Of a stretch of 38,901 nucleotides of DNA, positions 1 to 8,775 are shown one piece after another. Below the pieces are notes generated by a model that was not told the origin of the DNA, ran no database searches, and saw only the letters and a list, made by a program, of their open reading frames with translations. Position 1 is the stretch's first letter, and each line of letters opens with the position of its first letter. Source of the DNA: a virus (Duplodnaviria > Caudoviricetes); IMG/VR virus record IMGVR_UViG_3300047279_000098, positions 1 to 38,901 of that record; one strand, 5' to 3'. Both the position numbers and the translations under genes were made by a program.

Positions 1-136
1 GCGTCAGAATGTAACGTGTCTTAACATTGGACTCACATGAGACGCAGATGAGACAAAAATGGCAAAGCTGACCATTATATGCCAAAAAACACCTATTTGG
101 GGCTAGGCGCCCTTAAAACGCGCTAAAGTCGCCTGT

Positions 137-616
137 ATGGAACCAATCACCAGCAAGGAACTGTCTGAAACGCTTGGCATCACTGTCGCGCGCATTTCTC
201 AACTTAAGACTGAAGGGCGCTTTGACGGATGTTTCACAGTGCAACGAAACCGCATCTTGTGGGACAAGGACAGGGCAATTCAGGCCTACAAGGATGGCAA
301 CCCAATGGTGGGGTTATCCGAACGGGTGTCTAGTGCGGACATGGAAATCCCGTCGTTCAATGAAAGCAAGGCCAAATCCGAACACTTCCGTGCTGAGTTG
401 GCGCGGCTGGAGTTTGAAACCAAGGAGGAGGAGCTTGTGGAAGCAACCCGAGTGGAGCGCGAGGCGTTTACGGTGGCGCGTAGCGTGCGTGATGCGTTGA
501 ACACGATTCCAGACCGCGTGTCGAACCAACTGGCAGCCGAAAGCGATCCGGTGATCATCCACCAGTATTTGAGCGAGGAGATCCGTAAGGTGCTCGAGAG
601 GTTGACCAATGCGTGA
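137..616 (+). CDS. terS: Terminase small subunit (Nu1-like)
   Basis: N-terminal HTH (TSKELSETLGITVARISQL), coiled-coil centre (AELARLEFETKEEELVE), overlaps the start of terL. Confidence 0.85.
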   Translation: MEPITSKELSETLGITVARISQLKTEGRFDGCFTVQRNRILWDKDRAIQAYKDGNPMVGLSERVSSADMEIPSFNESKAKSEHFRAELARLEFETKEEELVEATRVEREAFTVARSVRDALNTIPDRVSNQLAAESDPVIIHQYLSEEIRKVLERLTNA

Positions 617-2513
617 TGGTGGGCAGATCTACCGGCAGTCGTTCTTGGAAGGCCTACGGCCTGACCTGGACCTGACGGTTAGTGAATGGTCGGACATGTA
701 CCGGATGCTGTCGAGCAAGGCATCGGCTGAACCTGGACCGTGGCGAACGGATCGCACTCCTTACCTCAAGGAGATCATGGACTGCATGTCGGCCAACAAC
801 ACGACGCAGAAGGTGGTGTTCATGGCTGGTGCGCAGTTAGGCAAGACGGAGGCGATCAACAATGTGGTGGGTTACATGATTGCGCAAGCCCCTGGGCCGG
901 CGTTGTTTGTGCAACCGACGATCGAGATGGCAAAGCGTCTTAGCAAGCAGCGGCTGGAGTCGTTGATCAATGAAACGCCATGCTTGGCGGAGAGGATTGG
1001 GCCGGCTAGGAGCCGGGACAGTGGCAACACGATGTTCAGCAAGGAGTACCCGGGCGGGATTCTGCTGCTTACTGGTGCCAACAGCGCAACGGGTTTGCGA
1101 TCTGCGCCTTGCCGATGGGTGCTGCTTGATGAGGTGGATGCTTTCCCGTCTGACGTTGACGGTGAGGGTGACCCGTGCGCGCTGGCAGAACGACGTGCGT
1201 CAACCTTTAGCAGGCGCAAGATCATCTTGACCTCGACGCCAACGGTCAAGGACATGTCTCGTATTGAGACTGAGTATCTGGCCAGTGACCAGCGGCGGTT
1301 TTTTGTGCCGTGCCCACATTGTGAGCACAAGCAGTGGTTGCAGTGGAAGAACCTGCAGTGGCGTGACGGCGATCCGAAGACGACGGCTTATGTGTGCGAA
1401 AGCTGTGGGGCGCATATCCCAGAGCATTTCAAGTCAGAGATGCTACGCAAGGGTGAGTGGCGTGCAACTGCCACCAGCGAAGACCCCAGAACTGTTGGGT
1501 TCCATCTGTCGTCGCTGTATTCGCCACTGGGATGGAAGAGCTGGGAAGAGATCGTGATTGAATTTTTGCGATCCAAGAATGACGCACCGCTGCTGAAGAC
1601 GTTCGTCAACACGATCCTTGGTGAGACGTGGGAGGAGGAGGTTGGCGCCAAGCTTGGTGCTGATGGTCTGGCGGAACGGGCTGAGTTTTATCCAGCGAGC
1701 GAGATCCCGCGTGGTGCATCGATCGTCACTGCTGGTGTTGACGTGCAGGACAACCGTGTCGCGGTCGGGATTTACGCATGGGGTGGCGGCGAGGAGTGTT
1801 GGCTGATCAGCCACGGGGAGGTTTACGGCGATCCAGCAGGCAGCAAGTTGTGGGAGCAAGTCGATGACCTCGTACTAAGGGACTATCCAGTGGAAGGCGG
1901 TGGTACCACACGGGTTGCGGCCATTGGGATTGATTCTGGTGGCCATTACACCTCGGAGGTCTACACCTATGCGCGTAGCCGTCGAGGTGATGGTGTGTTT
2001 GCTTTGAAGGGGCAGTCTGTCCGTAACAAACCGCCTATTGGGAAGCCTTCCAAGGTGGATATTAGCTACAAGGGCAAAGTGCTGAAGAATTCAGCGGAGG
2101 TGTTCCCGGTTGGAACGGACACGATCAAGGCAACGCTGTTTGGGCGATTGAAGCACAACGAGCCCGGGCCTGGGTACATCCACTTCCATGCGGAGGCTGG
2201 GCACGACTATTTCAAGCAGTTGACAGCAGAACGGCAGGTGGTGCGGTATGTGAAAGGGTTCGCCATTCGCGAATGGAAGAAGAAGGCTGGGGATCGTAAC
2301 GAGGCGCTGGACTGCTTTGTGTACTCGTTTGCGGCGTTGAACTTTTTGTACATGCGATACAACCGTGCGACTATTTTCGAGCAGTTTTCGCGTAAGCTGG
2401 GTAGCGTGCTTGTAAATGCGCAGAAAGCGGAGCCAGCACCGGTAGAATCGGTCTATCGGCCACAACGGCAACGCAAGGCCCGGCCCACCTCATCATTCGT
2501 AACAAACTGGTGA
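609..2513 (+). CDS. terL: Terminase large subunit, lambda GpA family
   Basis: GPWRTDRTPYLKEIMD, Walker A AGAQLGKTE, Walker B LLDEVD, STPT motif, Zn-finger CPHC..CESC, nuclease GVDVQ and NEALDC. Confidence 0.97.
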   Translation: MRDGGQIYRQSFLEGLRPDLDLTVSEWSDMYRMLSSKASAEPGPWRTDRTPYLKEIMDCMSANNTTQKVVFMAGAQLGKTEAINNVVGYMIAQAPGPALFVQPTIEMAKRLSKQRLESLINETPCLAERIGPARSRDSGNTMFSKEYPGGILLLTGANSATGLRSAPCRWVLLDEVDAFPSDVDGEGDPCALAERRASTFSRRKIILTSTPTVKDMSRIETEYLASDQRRFFVPCPHCEHKQWLQWKNLQWRDGDPKTTAYVCESCGAHIPEHFKSEMLRKGEWRATATSEDPRTVGFHLSSLYSPLGWKSWEEIVIEFLRSKNDAPLLKTFVNTILGETWEEEVGAKLGADGLAERAEFYPASEIPRGASIVTAGVDVQDNRVAVGIYAWGGGEECWLISHGEVYGDPAGSKLWEQVDDLVLRDYPVEGGGTTRVAAIGIDSGGHYTSEVYTYARSRRGDGVFALKGQSVRNKPPIGKPSKVDISYKGKVLKNSAEVFPVGTDTIKATLFGRLKHNEPGPGYIHFHAEAGHDYFKQLTAERQVVRYVKGFAIREWKKKAGDRNEALDCFVYSFAALNFLYMRYNRATIFEQFSRKLGSVLVNAQKAEPAPVESVYRPQRQRKARPTSSFVTNW

Positions 2514-3088
2514 CCATCCTTGTTCCCGAACTGATCTACGCCGGCGACACGGTCATTTTTGACGTGCCGGAGTTTACGGATTCGATTGGGACGACGGTTA
2601 GCAGTGGGACGTACACGTTGAAGTGGTATGCCAGGACCAACACGGCATCTGAGGGCACGACGATCACTGGTGCAGCCGAGAGCACGGGTTGGCGGGTGAC
2701 GGTGCCAGCATCGACGACGCTGGGATTTGACGCAGGGTTGTGGACGTGGCAGGCGATTGCGACGTACTCAACGCTGCAGTACACCGCTGGTCGCGGGCAG
2801 TTCACGGTGAAGGGCAGCGCAGCTTATACGGGCACGCCGGGCGCGTTTGATGATCGATCTCGCGCTGAGATTGACTTGTCTTACGTTGAGACAGCCATTA
2901 GAACGCTGTCGCAGGGCGGGATGGTGCAGGAATACACCATCGGGAATCGCAACCTGAAACGGTATAAGATGCCTGAGCTGCTCCAACTGAGGGACGTCTT
3001 GAAAGCTGAAGTTGACCGTGAGCGGCGAGCTGAAAAGATTAGGCAGGGCCTTGGCAATCCCGGCGTCGCTCGCGTGAGGTTCACCTGA
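2510..3088 (+). CDS. Head-to-tail adaptor (gpW-like C-terminus) with N-terminal beta-rich extension
   Basis: Between terL and portal; C-terminal AIRTL..VQEYTIGNRNLKRYKMPELLQLRD resembles gpW. Confidence 0.7.
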   Translation: MTILVPELIYAGDTVIFDVPEFTDSIGTTVSSGTYTLKWYARTNTASEGTTITGAAESTGWRVTVPASTTLGFDAGLWTWQAIATYSTLQYTAGRGQFTVKGSAAYTGTPGAFDDRSRAEIDLSYVETAIRTLSQGGMVQEYTIGNRNLKRYKMPELLQLRDVLKAEVDRERRAEKIRQGLGNPGVARVRFT

Positions 3089-4647
3089 TGGCACTCTTTG
3101 GCTTTGGTCGTACTGCAGGCCTGAAGAAGGACCTGATGAAGGCGCGAGAGCGCAATTCAAACCTGAGGCGTGCGTATGCTGCTGTCGCAAGCAACCGTCT
3201 TACTTCTGACTGGATCAGCCTTGGCACCAGTGCCGACAGTGAAATCAGGAACAGCCTTCGACTTCTTCGCAATCGCGCTCGTCAGTTGGTTCGTGATTCT
3301 GATTTTGCCAAGGCAGCGTTGAGAGCAGTCCGCAACAACGTTGTTGGCACTGGCATTAAGCATCAGTCGCAGGTGCAGATGGCGCGTGGCGGCAAGCTTG
3401 ATGATCGGCTGAACATGCTGATCGAAAAGCAATGGGATCAGTGGACATGCGCTGACACCTGCCATGTTGGCGGGCAACTGAGCTGGGTTGAAATCCAGCG
3501 GTTGTCGATCACGGCAATGATGGAATCTGGTGAAGTTTTCATCCGGCTGATCAACCAGAAGTTTGGTGACAGCAAGGTGCCACTTGGCCTTGAGGTGCTC
3601 GAGGCTGATTTGCTGGACGATGACTACACGGGCATTGAGGCAAACGGCAACCGTGTCCGAATGGGCGTCGAGATTGACAAGTGGGGCCGACCTGTGGCTT
3701 ACCACTTCTTGCGGAATCACCCGGGCGACTACCAATTTACTGGTTCGGCTGTGGTTGCAAGACAGCGCCAGCGGATTCCTGCAAAAGATGTCATTCATTT
3801 GTATTTAATGGAGCGCCCCGGGCAGACTCGTGGGGTGACGGCATTTGCGTCGGCCATCATGCGGTTACGCAACCTCAGCGGATATGAGGAGGCTGAAATT
3901 GTTGCGGCACGGGCGTCCTCGGCAATGATGGCGTTTGTCCGTACACCAGATCAGGAATTGTTTGAGGACGGCAAGTACCAAGACGATTCGGTTCTGGACT
4001 TTTCGCCAGGCTCAATTCGGCGGCTGGCACCCGGGGAAGAGATGCAGTTCTTCTCGCCCAATCGGCCCGATGATGCATTCACGCCATTCGTGGCTCAGAT
4101 GCTGCGGGCTGTGGCCTCGGGCGTTGGATGCTCCTACACACAGATCAGCAGCGACTTCAGCCAAAGCAATTACAGCTCCTCGAGACTTGAGCTGCTTGAA
4201 ACCCGTACGCATTACAAAACGTTACAGCAGTATTTGATTGAGGCGCTTTGCGAGCGTGTCTACGAACGCTGGATGGAAATGGCTGTGATGGCAGGTGTGC
4301 TGGTGCTGCCTGGGTACGAGCTGGATGCTGAGCGGTACGAGGAATCGAAATGGATTCCACCGGCTGCGCAATTTGTTGACCCACAGAAAGAGGCTGATGC
4401 CTACAAGTCACTGATTCGGAGCGGAATCATGACGTTGTCTCAGGTCATCGCCTTGCATGGCGGCGATTTTGATGATCAGATGCGGCAACGCCAGCATGAG
4501 CTTGCAACTGCTGACGAGCTTGGTATCGTGTTGGACACTGACCCTAGTCAGGTCACCAACTCTGGTCAGCAACAGAATCCACCTGTGGTTGACACAGAAG
4601 AACCCGATACACTACCAAGCGATGATCTCGAGGAATTAGAATCATGA
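3088..4647 (+). CDS. Portal protein, lambda family
   Basis: LRNRARQLVRD, VVGTGI, GVEIDKWGRPVAYH, RPGQTRGV, NYSSSR, VDPQKE motifs. Confidence 0.96.
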   Translation: MALFGFGRTAGLKKDLMKARERNSNLRRAYAAVASNRLTSDWISLGTSADSEIRNSLRLLRNRARQLVRDSDFAKAALRAVRNNVVGTGIKHQSQVQMARGGKLDDRLNMLIEKQWDQWTCADTCHVGGQLSWVEIQRLSITAMMESGEVFIRLINQKFGDSKVPLGLEVLEADLLDDDYTGIEANGNRVRMGVEIDKWGRPVAYHFLRNHPGDYQFTGSAVVARQRQRIPAKDVIHLYLMERPGQTRGVTAFASAIMRLRNLSGYEEAEIVAARASSAMMAFVRTPDQELFEDGKYQDDSVLDFSPGSIRRLAPGEEMQFFSPNRPDDAFTPFVAQMLRAVASGVGCSYTQISSDFSQSNYSSSRLELLETRTHYKTLQQYLIEALCERVYERWMEMAVMAGVLVLPGYELDAERYEESKWIPPAAQFVDPQKEADAYKSLIRSGIMTLSQVIALHGGDFDDQMRQRQHELATADELGIVLDTDPSQVTNSGQQQNPPVVDTEEPDTLPSDDLEELES

Positions 4648-6713
4648 GTGAATTGACCGATCACACCATGGATCACAACGAAGTGATAGTGGAGGAACGT
4701 CCCTATCCCAATGAGCATGCTGCTCGATTGAAGGAACCGGGTCAATATGACTCTATTCGCCGTGTAAACAACGAAGGCGGTGAAGGTATTGATTTTATTT
4801 ATGGCATCAAAAACGGAAAATCTGAAATTCAAGCAATTCGTTTTGACGCTGATCGCTTTTCACCAGCCGAAGCACGCAAATGGCTGAGTGATCATGATTT
4901 CAGCCCTATCAACTTTGAAGAAGCCTCTGTGGAACGAAAAATTCAAGGCAAATCATTTCAACGTGCTCTTGCCACAGAATTTCAAGCTGCGACTGAAGAT
5001 CGCATGATTGAATTTCCATTTGCTTCTGAAGCGCCTGTTGAGCGTTACTTTGGAACTGAAGTGCTTAGCATGGATGAAAATTCCATGGATCTATCGCGTC
5101 TCAATGATGGCGCACCACTTTTATTCCAACACGATCCTGACAAGATTGTTGGGGTAGTGCAACACGCTTACATCAAAGATAAGCGCGGCTACGCCAAAGT
5201 AAAAATGGCCAACAACGACTTGGGTCGTGAAATGCAAGGCTTGATTCAGGACGGCATTCTTCGCAATGTCAGTTTTGGCTACCGCATCAATGCAATGGAA
5301 ACCGACAACAGCACAGACCCGATCACATATCGCGCCACGTCGTACCAACCGTTTGAAATTTCGCTGGTGACCGTGCCAGCGGATCAAACCGTTGGCATTG
5401 GTCGAACCCTTACTATAAGTGAGTGTTCAACTACGGCCTCAGCCGTTACCAGCCCACCACTCTCGGAGTCAACACCCGTGGAACCTACCTTCGATTTGGA
5501 GGCGATCCGCGCTGAGGCCGCACAGGCCAAGGCAAAGGAGCTTTCCGAAATGATTGCCCTCGGCAATCGCACCAACAACAGCGACATGGCCCAGGAATTC
5601 ATTGCGAATTCCCGTGGTCTTGAAGAGCTGCGCACCGCCCTTCTTGAGAAAATGAGTATCTCCGCCACGCCTGTGCAAAACAACGCTGCCGACATCGGCC
5701 TGTCTAATGAGGAGACCCGGTCTTTCTCTTTCCTTCGCGCCATCAACTTTCTTGCCAACCCTGCTGATCGCTCAGCGCGTGAAGCTGCTGGCTTTGAAAT
5801 TGCCGCTTCTGAAGCCGCTGCTTCCAAGCTCGGTCGCCAGAGCCGTGGCATCACGATCCCCCAGGAAGTGCTTCGCCGTGACCTGAACGTTGGCGCCTCC
5901 ACCGCCGGCGGTAACGTCGTTGCCACCGAGCTGGACACTGCTTCCTTCATCGACCTGCTGCGCAACGCTTCGGCCCTTGATCAGGCTGGCGCCACCGTGC
6001 TGACCGGTCTGGTTGGTAACGTGGCGATCCCCCGTCAATCGGGTGCCGCCACCGCTTACTGGGTTGCCGAATCCGGTGCTCCCACCGAAAGCCAGCAGAC
6101 CATTGATCAGGTCAGCTTGACCCCCAAAACGGTCGCTGCTTTCACTGATTACAGCCGCCGCCTGATGCTCCAGTCCTCCATCGACGTGGAGAACATGGTG
6201 CGTCGTGACCTGGCTGCCGTTCTTGGTCTCAAGATCGACGCTGCTGGTCTGTACGGCACCGGCTCCAACAGCGAGCCCCTGGGTCTGAAGTTCATCTCCG
6301 GTATCGGCACCGAAGATTTCGCTGCTGACGCTCCCACTTTCGCTGAAGTGGTTGCCCTCGAGTCTGATCTGGCTACCGCCAACGCTCTGCTGGGTTCACC
6401 TGTTTACCTGATGAACGCCGCCATGCGCGGCAACCTGAAGACCACCAAGAAGGACGCCGGCTCCGGCATCTTCCTGATGGAGAACGGTGAAGTCAACGGC
6501 TATCGCGGTGTGCTGTCCAACCAAGTCGCATCTGGCGATCTGTGGTTCGGCAACTTCTCTGACATGCTGATCGGCTATTGGTCCGGTCTGGACATCATGG
6601 TGGATCCTTACACCAACAGCACCAGCGGCACCGTTCGCGTGGTCGCTATGCAGGATGTGGATGTCGCCATCCGTCACCCCGAGTCCTTCTCTCGCGGTAA
6701 CAATACCCTCTGA
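4644..6713 (+). CDS. Fusion of extra N-terminal domain, HK97-type prohead protease and major capsid protein
   Basis: Protease motifs PLLFQHD, NVSFGY, EISLVTVPAD; HK97-fold capsid motifs AYWVAESGAP, LTPKTVAAFTDYSRRLMLQS, WFGNFS, DVAIRHPESF. Confidence 0.93.
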   Translation: MSELTDHTMDHNEVIVEERPYPNEHAARLKEPGQYDSIRRVNNEGGEGIDFIYGIKNGKSEIQAIRFDADRFSPAEARKWLSDHDFSPINFEEASVERKIQGKSFQRALATEFQAATEDRMIEFPFASEAPVERYFGTEVLSMDENSMDLSRLNDGAPLLFQHDPDKIVGVVQHAYIKDKRGYAKVKMANNDLGREMQGLIQDGILRNVSFGYRINAMETDNSTDPITYRATSYQPFEISLVTVPADQTVGIGRTLTISECSTTASAVTSPPLSESTPVEPTFDLEAIRAEAAQAKAKELSEMIALGNRTNNSDMAQEFIANSRGLEELRTALLEKMSISATPVQNNAADIGLSNEETRSFSFLRAINFLANPADRSAREAAGFEIAASEAAASKLGRQSRGITIPQEVLRRDLNVGASTAGGNVVATELDTASFIDLLRNASALDQAGATVLTGLVGNVAIPRQSGAATAYWVAESGAPTESQQTIDQVSLTPKTVAAFTDYSRRLMLQSSIDVENMVRRDLAAVLGLKIDAAGLYGTGSNSEPLGLKFISGIGTEDFAADAPTFAEVVALESDLATANALLGSPVYLMNAAMRGNLKTTKKDAGSGIFLMENGEVNGYRGVLSNQVASGDLWFGNFSDMLIGYWSGLDIMVDPYTNSTSGTVRVVAMQDVDVAIRHPESFSRGNNTL

Positions 6714-6715
6714 TC

Positions 6716-6883
6716 ATGATGATCCGCATCCTTAGGCAGACAATGGCCGGTGGTTGCGTGGCTCGCGTGGGGGAAGTCATTGAGGCTTCCCCTAGCGATG
6801 CCAGATTCCTGATCGGTATTGCAAAAGCTGAAGAGTTCATTCAAGTCATTCCCACAGCTCCCAAACGGAGGAAACCCCAATGA
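6716..6883 (+). CDS. Small head-associated protein (55 aa), not in ORF track
   Basis: Hand translation MMIRILRQTMAGGCVARVGEVIEASPSDARFLIGIAKAEE...; fills the gap after the capsid gene; ATGA overlap with next gene. Confidence 0.7.
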   Translation: MMIRILRQTMAGGCVARVGEVIEASPSDARFLIGIAKAEEFIQVIPTAPKRRKPQ

Positions 6884-7260
6884 CCGTTCTTAACCTTGGT
6901 TCAAAAACGACGCAAATCGCGTTGTTCCCCACTGCAGTTGGCGCTTCCACTACTACCGGTAGTGCCATCGATCTGCAAGGCTACGAAGGCGACATGGTCG
7001 TCCTTCTTGACGCTGCTGCTGGCGGCGCCAGCATCACCTTTGCTGTCAAGCTGACCACTTCTGACACTTCCGGTGGTACTTACACCGATGTGACCGGTGG
7101 TGGCTTCACGACCACTACCGCCAACACTGCTTCTCGTCAGAAGCTGTATGTCAATGTCACCGACATCAAGCGTTACGTCAAAGTTTCGCTGACTGTTGCC
7201 GGCGGCACGGGCACTGGTGCGCTGTCAGTCCAAGGTCTGGCTTCCGCCAAGTACGGCTGA
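6880..7260 (+). CDS. Putative capsid decoration/cement protein (Bbp16-like beta-sandwich)
   Basis: GSAIDL, SDTSGGTYTDV, KRYVKV motifs; position after capsid; high-expression-like codons. Confidence 0.6.
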   Translation: MTVLNLGSKTTQIALFPTAVGASTTTGSAIDLQGYEGDMVVLLDAAAGGASITFAVKLTTSDTSGGTYTDVTGGGFTTTTANTASRQKLYVNVTDIKRYVKVSLTVAGGTGTGALSVQGLASAKYG

Positions 7261-7265
7261 TCACC

Positions 7266-7544
7266 ATGGCGTTGACTGAAGATCTGGGAATGTTCCTTGC
7301 TGATTTTGGCGTCACCTGTGTGGCTGGCGCTGTGCAGGCAATTGGAATTCTTGACACCCCAAGTCAAGTGATCAGCGATGGAATGGTCTTGACGACTGAT
7401 TACACGCTGACAACCAGATCTTCAGATTTTGGCAGTCTCGTTCGCGGTGCGGCAATCACCGTGGGCGGGACTGCTTTCACCGTCAGGGAAACAATGCTGA
7501 TTGATGACGGAGCATTTGTTCAAATCGCTCTGCAAAAGACATGA
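7266..7544 (+). CDS. Head-tail joining/closure protein (gpFII-like)
   Basis: 92 aa, GILD..LVRGAAITVGGTAFTVRE pattern, neck-module position. Confidence 0.7.
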   Translation: MALTEDLGMFLADFGVTCVAGAVQAIGILDTPSQVISDGMVLTTDYTLTTRSSDFGSLVRGAAITVGGTAFTVRETMLIDDGAFVQIALQKT

Positions 7545-8167
7545 GCAACGTTTTCACGATCAACAGCAGATCCAACTGGGCCGCAATCAATCCCGTGCCA
7601 CAACAAGGCGAGCCTGGCCTTGAGAGTGACACCAGCAACTTGAAGATCGGCGATGGCCGGACTAGATGGTCTGGCCTGCCCTATTTCGGCAACCCTGGCT
7701 ATTGGGGCTCGTTTTGGGATGAGACGTCGCAGGTGGCGGCGCTGGTTAACACGGCCTATGCGATCAAGTTGCGGCAGGTTGACACGGCAAGCCGTGGGAC
7801 CAAGATTATCTCAAACGAGCGGATCACCTTCGATCATCCCGGCATCTATAGCATCACGTTCTCGATTCAGTTCAGCAATACCGATAGCTCAATTCACGAC
7901 ATCAACGTCTGGTTGCGCAAGAACGGCACCAACGTGCCCGCCACCGACAGCCGGTTTAGCATCACTGCCAAGCATGGCAGTATTGATGGCAACATGATCG
8001 GCACCGTCAACTTCGTGTTGGGCTTGAGCACCAACGACTACCTTGAGTTGATCTGGGCAACCAGCAACGTTGCGGCCTACATACTTGCTGAGGCAGCAGG
8101 TGAAGGCCCGACACATCCCAGCATCCCCGGCATCATCTGCACCGTTGTCCAAGTCGCTTCCGCATAG
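7541..8167 (+). CDS. Virion appendage protein with Mtd_N/hyaluronidase-N-like domain and C-terminal beta-sandwich
   Basis: WAAINPVPQQGEPGLESDTSNLKIGDGRTRWSGLPY; C-terminal GIYSITFSIQF..VWLRKNG..DYLELIW (C1q/BclA-like). Confidence 0.65.
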   Translation: MSNVFTINSRSNWAAINPVPQQGEPGLESDTSNLKIGDGRTRWSGLPYFGNPGYWGSFWDETSQVAALVNTAYAIKLRQVDTASRGTKIISNERITFDHPGIYSITFSIQFSNTDSSIHDINVWLRKNGTNVPATDSRFSITAKHGSIDGNMIGTVNFVLGLSTNDYLELIWATSNVAAYILAEAAGEGPTHPSIPGIICTVVQVASA

Positions 8168-8169
8168 AC

Positions 8170-8595
8170 ATGGCAACCAAACGCGAATCAATCTTGGCCG
8201 CCATCCGTTCGGCATTGACTGGAACCACTGGCGTAGATACGCGGATCTATCGCAGCAGGGTCGAGCCAATGACGCGGGGGGAATCGCCTGCACTGGTCAT
8301 TGAGCCAATTGCTGATACAGCTCGAATTGAAACCAGTCTGCCTACTTTGACGTGGCGTATGACCGTGCGCGTGACCGTGATCGTGCGTGGCGACATCCCC
8401 GACCAAGTGGCAGATCCGATCATTGAAAGCCTTCACTCCAAGCTTTCAAGTGATCTGACATTGGGAGGTTATGCTATGGACATTCAACCGGTCAGTGTTA
8501 CCTTTAACCTTGTGGAGGCCGATCAACCCGCTGGCGTCATCATGTGTGACTACCTAGTGATTTACCGAACGTCCTCCACCAATTTGGCGTCCTGA
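8170..8595 (+). CDS. Tail terminator (lambda gpU-like)
   Basis: TKRESILAAI, RIYRSR, PALVI, DLTLGG; just before tail tube. Confidence 0.7.
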   Translation: MATKRESILAAIRSALTGTTGVDTRIYRSRVEPMTRGESPALVIEPIADTARIETSLPTLTWRMTVRVTVIVRGDIPDQVADPIIESLHSKLSSDLTLGGYAMDIQPVSVTFNLVEADQPAGVIMCDYLVIYRTSSTNLAS

Positions 8596-8598
8596 CTT

Positions 8599-8775
8599 AT
8601 GGCTAACATGGTGGATGAATACTGGGGCCAGGGTGGAACCTATCTACTCGACCCCAAAACCGGCAAGCGAAAGCTCATTGAGCGGACAGAGCCGGCCCAA
8701 CCCTCCGACAACACCCCTGAGGAATTGAGCAATGGCACTTCTGAGCCGCAAGCGTCTGATCCTGGTCAAGACTGA
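8599..8775 (+). CDS. Small hypothetical protein (up to 58 aa), not in ORF track
   Basis: Hand translation MANMVDEYWGQGGTYLLDPKTGKRKLIERTEP...; fills the gap between terminator and tube genes; start could be 8608. Confidence 0.55.
   Translation: MANMVDEYWGQGGTYLLDPKTGKRKLIERTEPAQPSDNTPEELSNGTSEPQASDPGQD

Noticed and set aside
7541-8167. Diversity-generating retroelement target (Mtd-like)
   Set aside because: Only the N-terminal attachment motif matches; no reverse transcriptase and no adenine-variant TR/VR repeat pair seen
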